Below, one piece after another: positions 1-7,902 of a DNA stretch of 12,691 nt; the stretch's first letter is position 1, and every line of letters starts with the position of its first letter. The stretch is from Trueperaceae bacterium. Its GTDB lineage: Bacteria > Deinococcota > Deinococci > Deinococcales > Trueperaceae. Both the position numbers and the translations under genes were made by a program. Location of the stretch: assembly GCA_034520945.1 (NCBI GenBank), contig JAXHNB010000007.1, positions 1-12,691 on the forward strand, given 5' to 3'. The notes beneath the pieces are model-generated. The model saw nothing but the letters and a program-made list of their open reading frames with translations, did no database searches and had not been told where the DNA came from.

Positions 1-41
1 GGGTCGTGCTCGGTGTGATCGTGTGGGGCGTGATGCGCTGA
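1..41 (+). CDS. 3' end of an upstream gene, probably a membrane protein (partial)
   Basis: The frame from nt 3 reads [12 protein letters not shown] (TGA 39-41). It is hydrophobic, uses GC-ending codons and stops 16 nt before the FGE start. Confidence 0.55.
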   Translation, partial: VVLGVIVWGVMR

Positions 42-57
42 AACGCACGGTGCGAAC

Positions 58-1042
58 ATGAACGACATGGCAGACGGATCCTCTCCCGGTCACGACCACG
101 GCGCCTGCTGCGCGGTGTCCCGCCCCGGCGCGCCGGCCGAGCGACAGGACGCCACTGTGGCCACGCCCCCCCGAGGTAGGCCGGCCCAGGACACGGACAC
201 GGCCGACATGCGGCGCCTGCCGTCCGCCATCTTCCAGATGGGCACGGACGCGCCGACCTTCCCTGCCGACGGCGAAGGCCCGGTGCGACGCGTCCGCGTG
301 AAGGCGTTCTGGATCGACCGCTACGCGGTCACCAACCGCCGCTTCGCCGCCTTCGTGGAAGACACCGGCTACCGGACGGAGGCGGAACGGTTCGGCTGGT
401 CGTTCGTGTTCCACGCCTTCGTGCCCGAGGACGCCGGCCCCACCCGCGGCGCCCCGCCCGCCCCGTGGTGGCGGCAGGTGTTCGGCGCCGCCTGGCACGC
501 GCCCGAGGGGCCGGGCAGCGGCGTGGAGGACCGCCTGGACCACCCGGTGGTGCACGTGTCCTGGAACGACGCCGTCGCCTTCGCCGCGTGGGAGGGAAAG
601 CGCCTGCCGAGCGAAGCGGAATGGGAGTACGCCGCGCGCGGCGGCCTGCATCAGGCGTTGTTCCCGTGGGGCGATGAACTCACACCCGAACGGCCGCCAC
701 CGCTGCAACGTGTGGCAGGGCACCTTCCCCGAGGTCGACACCGCCGAGGACGGCTACGCGGGCACCGCGCCGGTGGATGCGTTCGAGCCGAACGGCCACG
801 GCCTCTCCAACATGACCGGGAACGCCTGGGAGTGGTGCGCCGACTGGTTCGGCGTGCAGCACGGGCCCGGCCCGTTGGACGACCCGCGCGGCCCGGGCGA
901 GGGGCCGGGACGCGTCATCAAGGGCGGCTCGTACCTGTGCCACGCCTCGTACTGCAACCGCTACCGCGTCGCGGCGCGGACCTACAACACCCCCGACAGC
1001 AGCACCGGGCACATGGGCTTCCGCTTGGCGCGGGACGGCTGA
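58..1042 (+). pseudogene. Formylglycine-generating enzyme (FGE/SUMF1, aerobic sulfatase maturase), split by a +1 frameshift at ~685-687 (true lesion or sequencing error)
   Basis: The ORF at 58 carries FGE motifs [63 protein letters not shown] and FPWGDEL. Homology continues in ORF 674..1042: [42 protein letters not shown] (the C-x4-C copper-binding pair) and GHMGFRL. Removing one C from ACA CCC GAA C gives ACA CCG AAC (TPNGRHRCN) and joins the two frames. Confidence 0.93.
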
Positions 1043-1167
1043 CGCCGGCGTCGCCGTTCCTGCGCACACCCTGCGCCCCCAGCGCGTACGCACCGATTCG
1101 CGCCGAGGACGGAAGGTCGTGCTACGTCGGGTCGTGTGCAAAACAGGGGCTTCGCCCTACGGCGCGC

Positions 1168-1407
1168 GACCGGCGCGACCAACTGCGCGGCGCGGTTGCC
1201 GGTCATGCGAAAGCCGAGCGCGAAGCCCAGCATGCGGCGGGGCACGTGATCACTGACCACCGCCAACGACAGCGGCTGGGTGATGCCCGAACCGACGCCC
1301 ACCACGACCATGCCGATCCGCGTACCCGAGAACGCCAGGGACTCCAGGTACACCGGCAGGAAGGCCTGCCGCACCGCGTGCACCATCAGGGCGGCCGAAA
1401 TCAGCAT
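1168..1407 (-). pseudogene. MFS transporter remnant (C-terminal-half fragments)
   Basis: [18 protein letters not shown] (TM7/loop-like) runs directly into [39 protein letters not shown] (TM10-11-like). Only ~80 aa are recognisable, with no N-terminal half. Confidence 0.7.
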
Positions 1408-1456
1408 GGGCGTGCGCGCGTTGCTGCGGCCCGGTCCCGATCGAGCCGCGCGCCGC

Positions 1457-2809
1457 TCACGAACCGCAGCAGTGCTTGCGCTTGCGTCCGCTGCCGCAGG
1501 GACAGGGCGCGTTCCGGCTCACGCCACCCGCGATCGCGGGGCCGTCCACACGTCGCACGTCTGCATCGGTCCGCGCCGCCGTGCCGACGAACCGACGCCC
1601 CGTTCCGGACTGCGCGTCGGACACCCGGACAGCGTGCATCACGTTCGCCGGCGGCCGCCCGTTTCGCAGTTCGTTCGCCATGAAGCGCATGTTGGGCTCG
1701 GTGTGCGTGAAGAAACGGCGGTAGCCCTCGCACAGGTGATTCAGGCCCGGATGGCCGTCCCGCGTACGGGCCACACGGTCCTTGGGGCAGCCGCCGCGGC
1801 ACAGCCAGCACACCTCGCACGACCGGCAGGCGGCGGGCAACGCATCACGCTTGGCGCGGCCGAAGGCGTGCTGGGCCGGGGACGCGACGAGATCCTCCAG
1901 GCGGTCCCGGAGGAGATTGCCACGCAGGTGGTCGAACTCGACGTAGGGGTCGCAGGCGTAGACGTCGCCGTTGTGCTCTAGCGCCAGCGCGTCGCCGCAG
2001 GTCTCCTGAAACACGCACAGGCTGCCGCGCTCGCCGGCGTGCTTGGCAAGGGTCTCGTCGAACAGCTGCACGAACACCCGCCCCACGTCCCTGCGCACCC
2101 AAGCGTCGAACACCGCGGTCAGGAATCGCCCGTAGACGCGGGCCCCGACGGAGCGATCGCTGAGCCTCTCCCCGCGCTGGAACCCGTCAGGGTCGCGCCG
2201 TTCGACGATGGGGATGAACTGGACGAAGCGAGCCCCCGCCTCGTCGCGGAGGAAGCGGTACACGTCCAGGGGTCGGGGCGCATTGGCCGCATGGACGGTG
2301 GTCAACACGTTGACGTCGACAGCGTGGCGTCGCAGCACCGCGAGGCCCTCCATGACCCGATCGAAGGTGCCTCCGCCCCGCTTGTCGACCCGGTAGGCGT
2401 CGTGCAGCTCGCGGGGACCGTCCAGGGAGATCCCTACCAGGAAGTCGTGCCGGCGGAAGAACCGTGACCAGGCGTCGTCCAGGCGGGTGCCGTTGGTCTG
2501 TACGGCGTTGTGGACGCGCACGCCGGGCCGGCGGTAGTGCCGCTGCAACGCGACGGCCCGTTCGAAGAAATCCAAGCCGATCAGCGTCGGTTCGCCCCCT
2601 TGCCACGCAAACGTCACCTCGGGCCCCGGCTGGGCCTCGAGGGTCCCGCGCACGAAGGCCTCGAGCACCTCGTCGGACATCCGAAACGACGAGCCGGGGT
2701 AGAGCGCCTCCTTGGACAGGAAGTAGCAGTAGTCGCACGCGAGGTTGCAGATCGCGCCCGTAGGCTTGGCCATCAGGTGGAAGGGGTAGGGCGCAATCGT
2801 CTGGGGCAT
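1457..2809 (-). CDS. Anaerobic sulfatase maturase (anSME, AslB/ChuR family radical SAM + SPASM) with C-terminal SEC-C motif
   Basis: Motifs: [17 protein letters not shown] (CxxxCxxC), [21 protein letters not shown] and [13 protein letters not shown] cysteines follow C-x5-C-x14-C(D) then CxxC-x5-C-x3-C-x18-C. The C-terminus is [17 protein letters not shown]. An AAGGA SD lies upstream. Confidence 0.95.
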   Translation of the reverse strand: MPQTIAPYPFHLMAKPTGAICNLACDYCYFLSKEALYPGSSFRMSDEVLEAFVRGTLEAQPGPEVTFAWQGGEPTLIGLDFFERAVALQRHYRRPGVRVHNAVQTNGTRLDDAWSRFFRRHDFLVGISLDGPRELHDAYRVDKRGGGTFDRVMEGLAVLRRHAVDVNVLTTVHAANAPRPLDVYRFLRDEAGARFVQFIPIVERRDPDGFQRGERLSDRSVGARVYGRFLTAVFDAWVRRDVGRVFVQLFDETLAKHAGERGSLCVFQETCGDALALEHNGDVYACDPYVEFDHLRGNLLRDRLEDLVASPAQHAFGRAKRDALPAACRSCEVCWLCRGGCPKDRVARTRDGHPGLNHLCEGYRRFFTHTEPNMRFMANELRNGRPPANVMHAVRVSDAQSGTGRRFVGTAARTDADVRRVDGPAIAGGVSRNAPCPCGSGRKRKHCCGS

Positions 2810-2982
2810 GACACGATCCTTCGCGTGCCCCTCGCGGAGCTCGCCGTGGCCGGCCTAGCGTACCGTGTCTCATCAGCACACCGGGGCGGAGCGCCTCCGC
2901 GAGCGAGCCCTCGCGATGCCGGCCGTGCCGGTCCCGTACGACACCTGGTACGGCCCGGTGCAGCGAAGGCGCGCCTGCCTGG

Positions 2983-3492
2983 TCACCGCTCCGCGGTGTC
3001 GGAACGAACCGGCCCGCCTCCGCTGGCAACCAGGTACCAGCGCCCCCCGTGGGCCTCCAAGCCGTGTGCGCTGTACGGCGCGTCGGCGAACTCCGACCCC
3101 GGCGCGGGTTCGTAGAGCGGCCAGCCGTCGTACAAGACGTGCGTTCGTACGTCCCCGTCGGCCACGTAGAGCCGGTCGCCGTCGACCCCTTCGGTCGCCT
3201 CGACGCCGTCGGCCGTGAGCGGCCACCACGCCTCGCGGCAGCCTCCCGTGCAAGATCCCGCTCGCTCACGCACGCCCCGCGTCATGGGCCCGCTGGCGGC
3301 TTCGGCTTCGTCTTCGACGACGAACAGGAAGAGCGGGACGCCGCCCTCGTTCACGAGGTGCGTGCCGTAGGCTTCGCTCTCCGCCACGGATACCGTGGCT
3401 CTCGAAGGGCCCATGACGCCGTCCTGCGTGTGGGCGACGCCTGCGAGCAGGGTGGCCGCGGATATTGCGGCGAGGATTCGGTTCACGCGCAT
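2983..3492 (-). CDS. Secreted COG4315/Lipoprotein_15-like (Y-x4-D repeat) protein, 169 aa
   Basis: Start moved to ATG 3492 (GAAGGGAG SD). Signal peptide MRVNRILAAISAATLLAGVAHT. Family-like motifs: YGTHLVNEGGVPLFLF, SCTGGCREAWWPL, HVLYDGWPLY and GGRWYLV. Confidence 0.75.
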   Translation of the reverse strand: MRVNRILAAISAATLLAGVAHTQDGVMGPSRATVSVAESEAYGTHLVNEGGVPLFLFVVEDEAEAASGPMTRGVRERAGSCTGGCREAWWPLTADGVEATEGVDGDRLYVADGDVRTHVLYDGWPLYEPAPGSEFADAPYSAHGLEAHGGRWYLVASGGGPVRSDTAER

Positions 3493-3772
3493 CGCTTCTC
3501 TCCCTTCGGGGCTGGTAGGAAGGCGCGAGGGGCGTGCCACGCCCCGCGCACGCCTGGACGGTACCCCTCTGGGCCTTCTCCCAAGGATGCAACATGCGCA
3601 CCGCCCTTGACCAGGGGGTACATCATGGGGCGACCGCCTGGGCGGCGGCGAAGCGTTCACGTACGGCCGCAGCTGGGCGATGATGGAGGCGTCGCGGGTC
3701 GGCGGGAACCTGGTGGGCGGCGCACGGCCGCCGATCGACTCGCCAGTGCGGGACCAACGCCGAGGAGGACGC

Positions 3773-4402
3773 GTGGACGAGCTCGACCTACTGGACTACC
3801 GCCGGGAGGTGGCGGCGATGTACGCGCGGGTCCGCGACGACGCACGCCCGCCCGACGCCCGCTGTACCGCGTTCCGTCGGGAGAAGGACCGGCTGTTCGC
3901 CACGCATCCCGCCTCGCCGCTGAGCGCGGCGCAGCGCCCAGGCTTCCGGGGACTGCCCTACCATCCGTTCGACCCGAGTTGGCGCACCACTGCCGTCTGG
4001 GACGGGGAGGTGGACCGCACCGTCTTGGAGGTGGACGCGGGCCGGGACGGCCGGCTGCGGCTGGCGCGGGTAGCGCGGCTGACCTTCGAGCTGACCGGGG
4101 AGCGTCACGCGCTGGACGCGTACTGGCTGAGCGGGTACGGCGGCGGGCTGTTCGTGCCCTTTCGCGACGCCACCTCCGGCAGCGAGAGCTACGGCGGGGG
4201 GCGCTACCTCCTGGACACCATCAAGCACGCCGACCTGGGCAGCCAGGCCGGCACGCTGGTGCTGGACTTCAACTACGCCTACAACCCGTCGTGCGCCTAC
4301 CACCCGGACTGGGTGTGCCCCCTGGCCCCGCCGGGAAACACCCTGGCGCTCGCGGTGATGGCCGGCGAGAAGGATCCCGGCGGCCACGTGCCCCCGGCGT
4401 GA
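3773..4402 (+). CDS. DUF1684 domain-containing protein, 209 aa
   Basis: GTG 3773 follows GAGGAGG (3762-3768). Motifs: FRREKDRLFATHPASPL, LFVPFRDATSGSESYGGGRYL and LDFNYAYNPSCAYHPDWVCPLAPPGNTL. Confidence 0.92.
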   Translation: MDELDLLDYRREVAAMYARVRDDARPPDARCTAFRREKDRLFATHPASPLSAAQRPGFRGLPYHPFDPSWRTTAVWDGEVDRTVLEVDAGRDGRLRLARVARLTFELTGERHALDAYWLSGYGGGLFVPFRDATSGSESYGGGRYLLDTIKHADLGSQAGTLVLDFNYAYNPSCAYHPDWVCPLAPPGNTLALAVMAGEKDPGGHVPPA

Positions 4403-4545
4403 GGCCCCCGGCCTCGGCCATGCATGCCACCAACATCGACGCGCCGAACGGCCACCCGGTCGCGCCCGGCACCTACGCCGTGGCGCACTTCGTGGTCGGC
4501 AGCGAACCACGTCTCGCACGCTGCGGAGCAGCGTAGGCCTCGTTA

Positions 4546-4593
4546 CGTACCAGCGATGGGCCCGACGCGTCGATCGGGCCCATCGCGGGTACG
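4546..4593. terminator. Long GC-rich hairpin between convergent genes, probable bidirectional terminator
   Basis: Perfect 13-bp inverted repeat GCGATGGGCCCGA (4553-4565) / TCGGGCCCATCGC (4574-4586), extended by CGTACC/GGTACG after one mismatch. There is no U-tract. Confidence 0.6.
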
Positions 4594-4617
4594 GCGAAGG
4601 CGTGCGGCGGCTCGGCG

Positions 4618-5211
4618 CTACATGGCGGCGCCGAACAGCGTGACCATCGGTTCGTCCCCGTCTTCCTCCCGCGCGATCACGCGATCGATGGCGAGCTGGT
4701 AATTCGCCGCCCAGTTCGCGACGACCTCCTCGGGCAGCGCGTCATTGGGGAAGCCGAGGAACACGCGCCCGGTCTCGCCGGCGTCGACGTCGTTGAGCGT
4801 CATCTGCAACGCGCCTTCCTCCACCGCGACTTCGAAGTCCTGGAAACTGGACGTCTCCCCGATGGCTTCGACGCTGTCGGCCCCCAGCATCCGACCTTCG
4901 AGGATCACGTCCTCGGCGTCGGCGCCCCCGGCGTTCCGAACCAGGACGGTCACCCAGTTCAGGGCGTCTACGTCCAACTCCTCGGCGCCCGCATCGCCCA
5001 CGGCCTCCTCGAACGCGTCCGGGAACCGTTCGGGGGCGCCGGGAACGAGGCTGAGTTGGATCTCGGGCACCTGCAGGCGTTGTTGGTTGTCGTTCGCCGT
5101 CGAGGTGGCCGAACGGGCCGAGAACAAGGCCCAGAGCGACAGGACGAGGAGAACGGCGACGGCCAACTTGACCCAGGTCGGTACGGTGGCTGTAGTGGAT
5201 TGTTGCGTCAT
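4618..5211 (-). CDS. Hypothetical membrane-anchored acidic protein, possibly with an Ig/CARDB-like beta-sandwich domain
   Basis: Single N-terminal TM helix (WVKLAVAVLLVLSLWALFSA), coding-like GC3 and an AGGAAGGA SD. It contains the VTVLVRNAGGADAEDVILE...DVDAGETGRVFLGF pattern. Confidence 0.8.
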   Translation of the reverse strand: MTQQSTTATVPTWVKLAVAVLLVLSLWALFSARSATSTANDNQQRLQVPEIQLSLVPGAPERFPDAFEEAVGDAGAEELDVDALNWVTVLVRNAGGADAEDVILEGRMLGADSVEAIGETSSFQDFEVAVEEGALQMTLNDVDAGETGRVFLGFPNDALPEEVVANWAANYQLAIDRVIAREEDGDEPMVTLFGAAM

Positions 5212-5246
5212 GCGAAGTCATTCCTTCCTGCCCGCGGGATGCGGGC

Positions 5247-5255
5247 ACGCTACCA
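5247..5255 (-). promoter_or_regulatory. Putative extended -10 (TGgTAGCGT) for 4618..5211
   Basis: Matches TGnTAnnnT and lies ~35 nt upstream of the ATG, just 5' of the SD. Confidence 0.35.
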
Positions 5256-5305
5256 TGCGCCCGACGTGCGCGGGCGCCTTCGAATCGTCGGGAGACGGAA
5301 CGGCG

Positions 5306-5698
5306 TCAGACGTAGTTCGAGTCGTGCCTTGCTCGCGTACGGAGCTCGGTCATCACGCGCTTGGAGGGTCCGAGCGCACCTGGTTCGGTGGTTCCGTCCA
5401 CGACGCGCCGCGCCGAGCAGGCCCGGTCGCGTTCCCAGCGCTGAAACGCGGACGCATGTCCGGCCACGGCCCCCGCCTGAAGGGCGACGGGCGTCGCGAC
5501 GATCGAGGGGCCCGCAGGCGTCGGCCCGCGGTCGAAGAACAGCACGCGCCATACGGCGCGGATCTCCTGCTGCTCCACCTTTCCGGTGCCGTCCTCCAGC
5601 GCGACCGCCAGCTGCGGAAGGCCTGAGACGAGCACGAGGAACAGGAAGCGGACCGAGACCGCGCTGAACCAGGAGAGACGAACACAACGAGGCTGCAC
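5306..5698 (-). CDS. Possible hypothetical secreted/membrane protein (uncertain)
   Basis: Fills the gap between two minus-strand genes and has a hydrophobic N-terminus. A TAAGGT -10-like box (5708-5713) sits 9 nt upstream of the GTG. No family is recognised and the codon usage is less convincing. Confidence 0.35.
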   Translation of the reverse strand: MQPRCVRLSWFSAVSVRFLFLVLVSGLPQLAVALEDGTGKVEQQEIRAVWRVLFFDRGPTPAGPSIVATPVALQAGAVAGHASAFQRWERDRACSARRVVDGTTEPGALGPSKRVMTELRTRARHDSNYV

Positions 5699-5787
5699 GA
5701 CGTGCCTACCTTAGGCTCAGCGGCTCATCGTCATCGTTCGCCAGGTCACAGGGACGCGCACGACGGGCACGCGTGACGTTCGAACCC

Positions 5788-6312
5788 TCAGCGCCCGTCG
5801 GAGGCGGCGTCGCGGGCGCGGCGCGCCTGGATCGAGAGCGGCTGCCACGACGCCCTGCGCAGGTGCTTGGCGAGGAACAGGATCTGCCCCACGTGCTGCC
5901 CGTAGTGGTCCAACTGCCGGATCAGCGCCCGCGCGGCCGGTTGCGGCCGGCCGCGCACGGTGACGGTGCGGGTCAGGTCCGCGGGCGTCAGCGCCTCGAC
6001 TGCGTCGAAGGCGGTGCGCCACCCCTCCTCCCACTGGCGCCACAGCGTCTCCGGCGACTCGTCCCCGAGCTCGAACTCGCCGTCGCGGTCGCGGTCCGCC
6101 TTCTCGCCGTCGCTGTGCAGGAAGTCACGCCAGCGCGAGCGCATGTTGCCGGCCATGTGCCGCACCAGCACGGCGACCGAGTTGCCGTGATCACTCAGGC
6201 GCGCGTGCCACTCATGGGGGTCGAGCTGCAGCAGCGCACGCTCTGCGAGCTCCTTCTGGGCGCGCAAACCTGCAACGATCTCTTCGAGCAGCACCGTGGC
6301 GGGATCGGACAT
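5788..6312 (-). CDS. DUF1572 family protein (DinB/YfiT-like superfamily)
   Basis: Motifs GNSVAVLVRHMAGNMRSRWRDFLHSDGEKADRDRDGEFE and LIRQLDHYGQHVGQILFLAK (three-His DinB metal site). The start is placed at ATG 6312 because of the leaderless -10 spacing; the alternative is ATG 6318. Confidence 0.9.
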   Translation of the reverse strand: MSDPATVLLEEIVAGLRAQKELAERALLQLDPHEWHARLSDHGNSVAVLVRHMAGNMRSRWRDFLHSDGEKADRDRDGEFELGDESPETLWRQWEEGWRTAFDAVEALTPADLTRTVTVRGRPQPAARALIRQLDHYGQHVGQILFLAKHLRRASWQPLSIQARRARDAASDGR

Positions 6313-6318
6313 GCGCAT

Positions 6319-6324
6319 AGCCTA
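6319..6324 (-). promoter_or_regulatory. -10 box (TAGGCT) of a probable leaderless transcript
   Basis: TAGGCT-N6-ATG(6312) with no SD sequence. Confidence 0.55.
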
Positions 6325-6365
6325 GCGCGCCCAGTGCGTTGCGCGGGCCACGCGGGGGGCGAGCG

Positions 6366-7238
6366 CTACCCGACCAACCGCAGGCCACCGATCGTCAGCC
6401 AGTAGTACACGATGTAGGCGCCGGCAACCAGCATGAGGGCAGCACTGATGGGCGTGACGTAGCGAACCGCGCGTTTGGCCCGGTCGACCAGCGCCTGGCG
6501 GAACGCCGCCAGGCTGACCGTCAGCACCGTGATCACGAAGCCCATGCCCAGGCCGTACGCCACCAGTTGCAGGCCCATCTCCGGCAGGCTGGCCAGCGTC
6601 AGGCTGCTGCCGACGACGGCCAGGAACACCGGCAGCGTGCAGCTCAGCGACGCCAGGCCGTACGCCAGGCCGAAGGCGAAGTAGCCCCGCAGCCCGCGTC
6701 CGTCCAGGCCCGCCACGCCCTGGGACATCCGCTCGCCGACGTGGGTGTAGAGCGAGCCGCCGAACCACAGCCACGCCCCTACGACGGTGAGTAGCACGCC
6801 GGTGGCCAGGCCCAGCCAGGGGAACACCCCAGCCAGCGAACGCGTTCCGATCCCCAGCGCGAAGCCGGCCAATCCGAACAGCAGCACGAAACCCAGTGTG
6901 ACGATCAGCCCGACGAGCACGGCGCGGCCCATGCGCCCCGCGAGCGAGGCGTTCGGGCCGGCGTCGCCCCGCAGGTACAGGCCGAGGTAGGCGGGCAGCA
7001 TCGCGAACCCGCAGGGGTTGACGGCCGACACCATGCCGGCCCCGAACGCGAAGCCGAACGGCAGCAGCGAGGCGATGCGGTCCAACACCCCGCTCGAGCC
7101 GGCGGAGAGCGCCTCGACCCCTTGATTTACCGCGCCGACGTTGCCGGGCGTCAGCATCGCGCCTACGACGGCCGCACCCAGGGCTGCCACCACCAGCCCG
7201 GCGATCCCCCCTACACGCTTCACGAGCATCGGAGACAC
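6366..7238 (-). CDS. ccdA: Cytochrome c biogenesis CcdA / DsbD-beta family membrane electron transporter
   Basis: Contains AGMVSAVNPCGFAMLPAYL and YGLASLSCTLPVFLAVV (the two redox Cys) and multiple TM helices. It starts 4 nt after the TlpA stop. Confidence 0.9.
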   Translation of the reverse strand: MSPMLVKRVGGIAGLVVAALGAAVVGAMLTPGNVGAVNQGVEALSAGSSGVLDRIASLLPFGFAFGAGMVSAVNPCGFAMLPAYLGLYLRGDAGPNASLAGRMGRAVLVGLIVTLGFVLLFGLAGFALGIGTRSLAGVFPWLGLATGVLLTVVGAWLWFGGSLYTHVGERMSQGVAGLDGRGLRGYFAFGLAYGLASLSCTLPVFLAVVGSSLTLASLPEMGLQLVAYGLGMGFVITVLTVSLAAFRQALVDRAKRAVRYVTPISAALMLVAGAYIVYYWLTIGGLRLVG

Positions 7239-7242
7239 CCGG

Positions 7243-7839
7243 TCACTCCGCCGAGGCCAGCAGGCCTTCCAGCTCGCGGCGAAGCTGCGCCTCGGGCATG
7301 TAGCCGGTGTGCTTGTTCACCATTCGACCGTCGCCGTCGAAGAACACGGTCGTCGGCATGCCCCGCACCTCGTAGTCCTGCACGACGTCGGCGCTGACGG
7401 CGTAGGCGGCCGGGTAGTCGATCCCGTACTCCGCCAGGAACGCCCGCGCCCCCTCGTGCGTGCCAAGGCGCACGAACGGGCCGATGTCGACGCCCAGCAT
7501 GATGAAGTCGTCCCCCATCTCGTCGTGCACCCGCTGGAAGCCGGGCATCTCCTCGCGGCAGGGCGGACACGACGCCGCCCAGAAGTTCAGAACCAACGGC
7601 GTGCCCTGCCCCACCACGTCGCGGAAGTCGGGCTCGTCGCCGCCCAATACGTCCTGTCCTTGGTAGGCGACCATCGCGAAGTCGGTCGGTCCGCCCTCGC
7701 CCCCGGACAGCCCGATCGCCCAGAAGCCCGCGATGGCGGCGAAGAGGAGCCCCGCGGCACCACCCGCCAGCCACCGGGTCCGCCGGCCCCGGCCTGGCGC
7801 GTTCTTTCCTCGTCGCTTGCTAGCTCGCTGATTCGACAC
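7243..7839 (-). CDS. TlpA/ResA family membrane-anchored thiol:disulfide reductase, 198 aa
   Basis: GTG 7839 follows a strong TAAGGAGG SD. A basic N-terminus and TM anchor precede PLVLNFWAASCPPCREEMPGFQ and the cis-Pro motif GMPTTVFFDGDG. Confidence 0.92.
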   Translation of the reverse strand: MSNQRASKRRGKNAPGRGRRTRWLAGGAAGLLFAAIAGFWAIGLSGGEGGPTDFAMVAYQGQDVLGGDEPDFRDVVGQGTPLVLNFWAASCPPCREEMPGFQRVHDEMGDDFIMLGVDIGPFVRLGTHEGARAFLAEYGIDYPAAYAVSADVVQDYEVRGMPTTVFFDGDGRMVNKHTGYMPEAQLRRELEGLLASAE

Positions 7840-7849
7840 GATCCTCCTT

Positions 7850-7902
7850 ACGTTGCGCAACGTTTCGCACCGAAGCATAGGTCGAGGCGCGCGCCGTGTC
7901 GG
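7850..7902 (-). promoter_or_regulatory. Putative promoter and operator of the tlpA-ccdA operon
   Basis: CCGACA (7902-7897)-N17-TATGCT (7879-7874). A perfect 14-bp palindrome ACGTTGCGCAACGT (7850-7863) overlaps an imperfect one, TGCGcAACGTTtCGCA (7854-7869). Confidence 0.5.

Noticed and set aside
690..1683. Arg-rich C-terminal half of the 541-aa ORF as a novel FGE fusion
   Set aside because: It is out-of-frame run-on after the frameshift and overlaps the MFS remnant and anSME on the opposite strand.
2831..2915. Alternative pairings of 2895-2903 upstream of anSME (attenuator or riboswitch-like)
   Set aside because: Stems of 6-9 bp are expected by chance at this GC content. No SAM or other aptamer consensus and no U-tract are recognisable.
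3561..3621. GTACCCC ... GGGGTAC as a CsoR-type copper operator
   Set aside because: The two half-sites are ~45 nt apart rather than a few nt, and neither forms a complete palindrome.
2187..5667. Long alternative ORFs (2187..3269, 3049..4536, 3788..4519, 4745..5626, 5056..5667 and similar)
   Set aside because: These are Arg/Pro/Gly-rich shadow frames typical of high-GC DNA. They overlap better-supported genes and contain no motifs.
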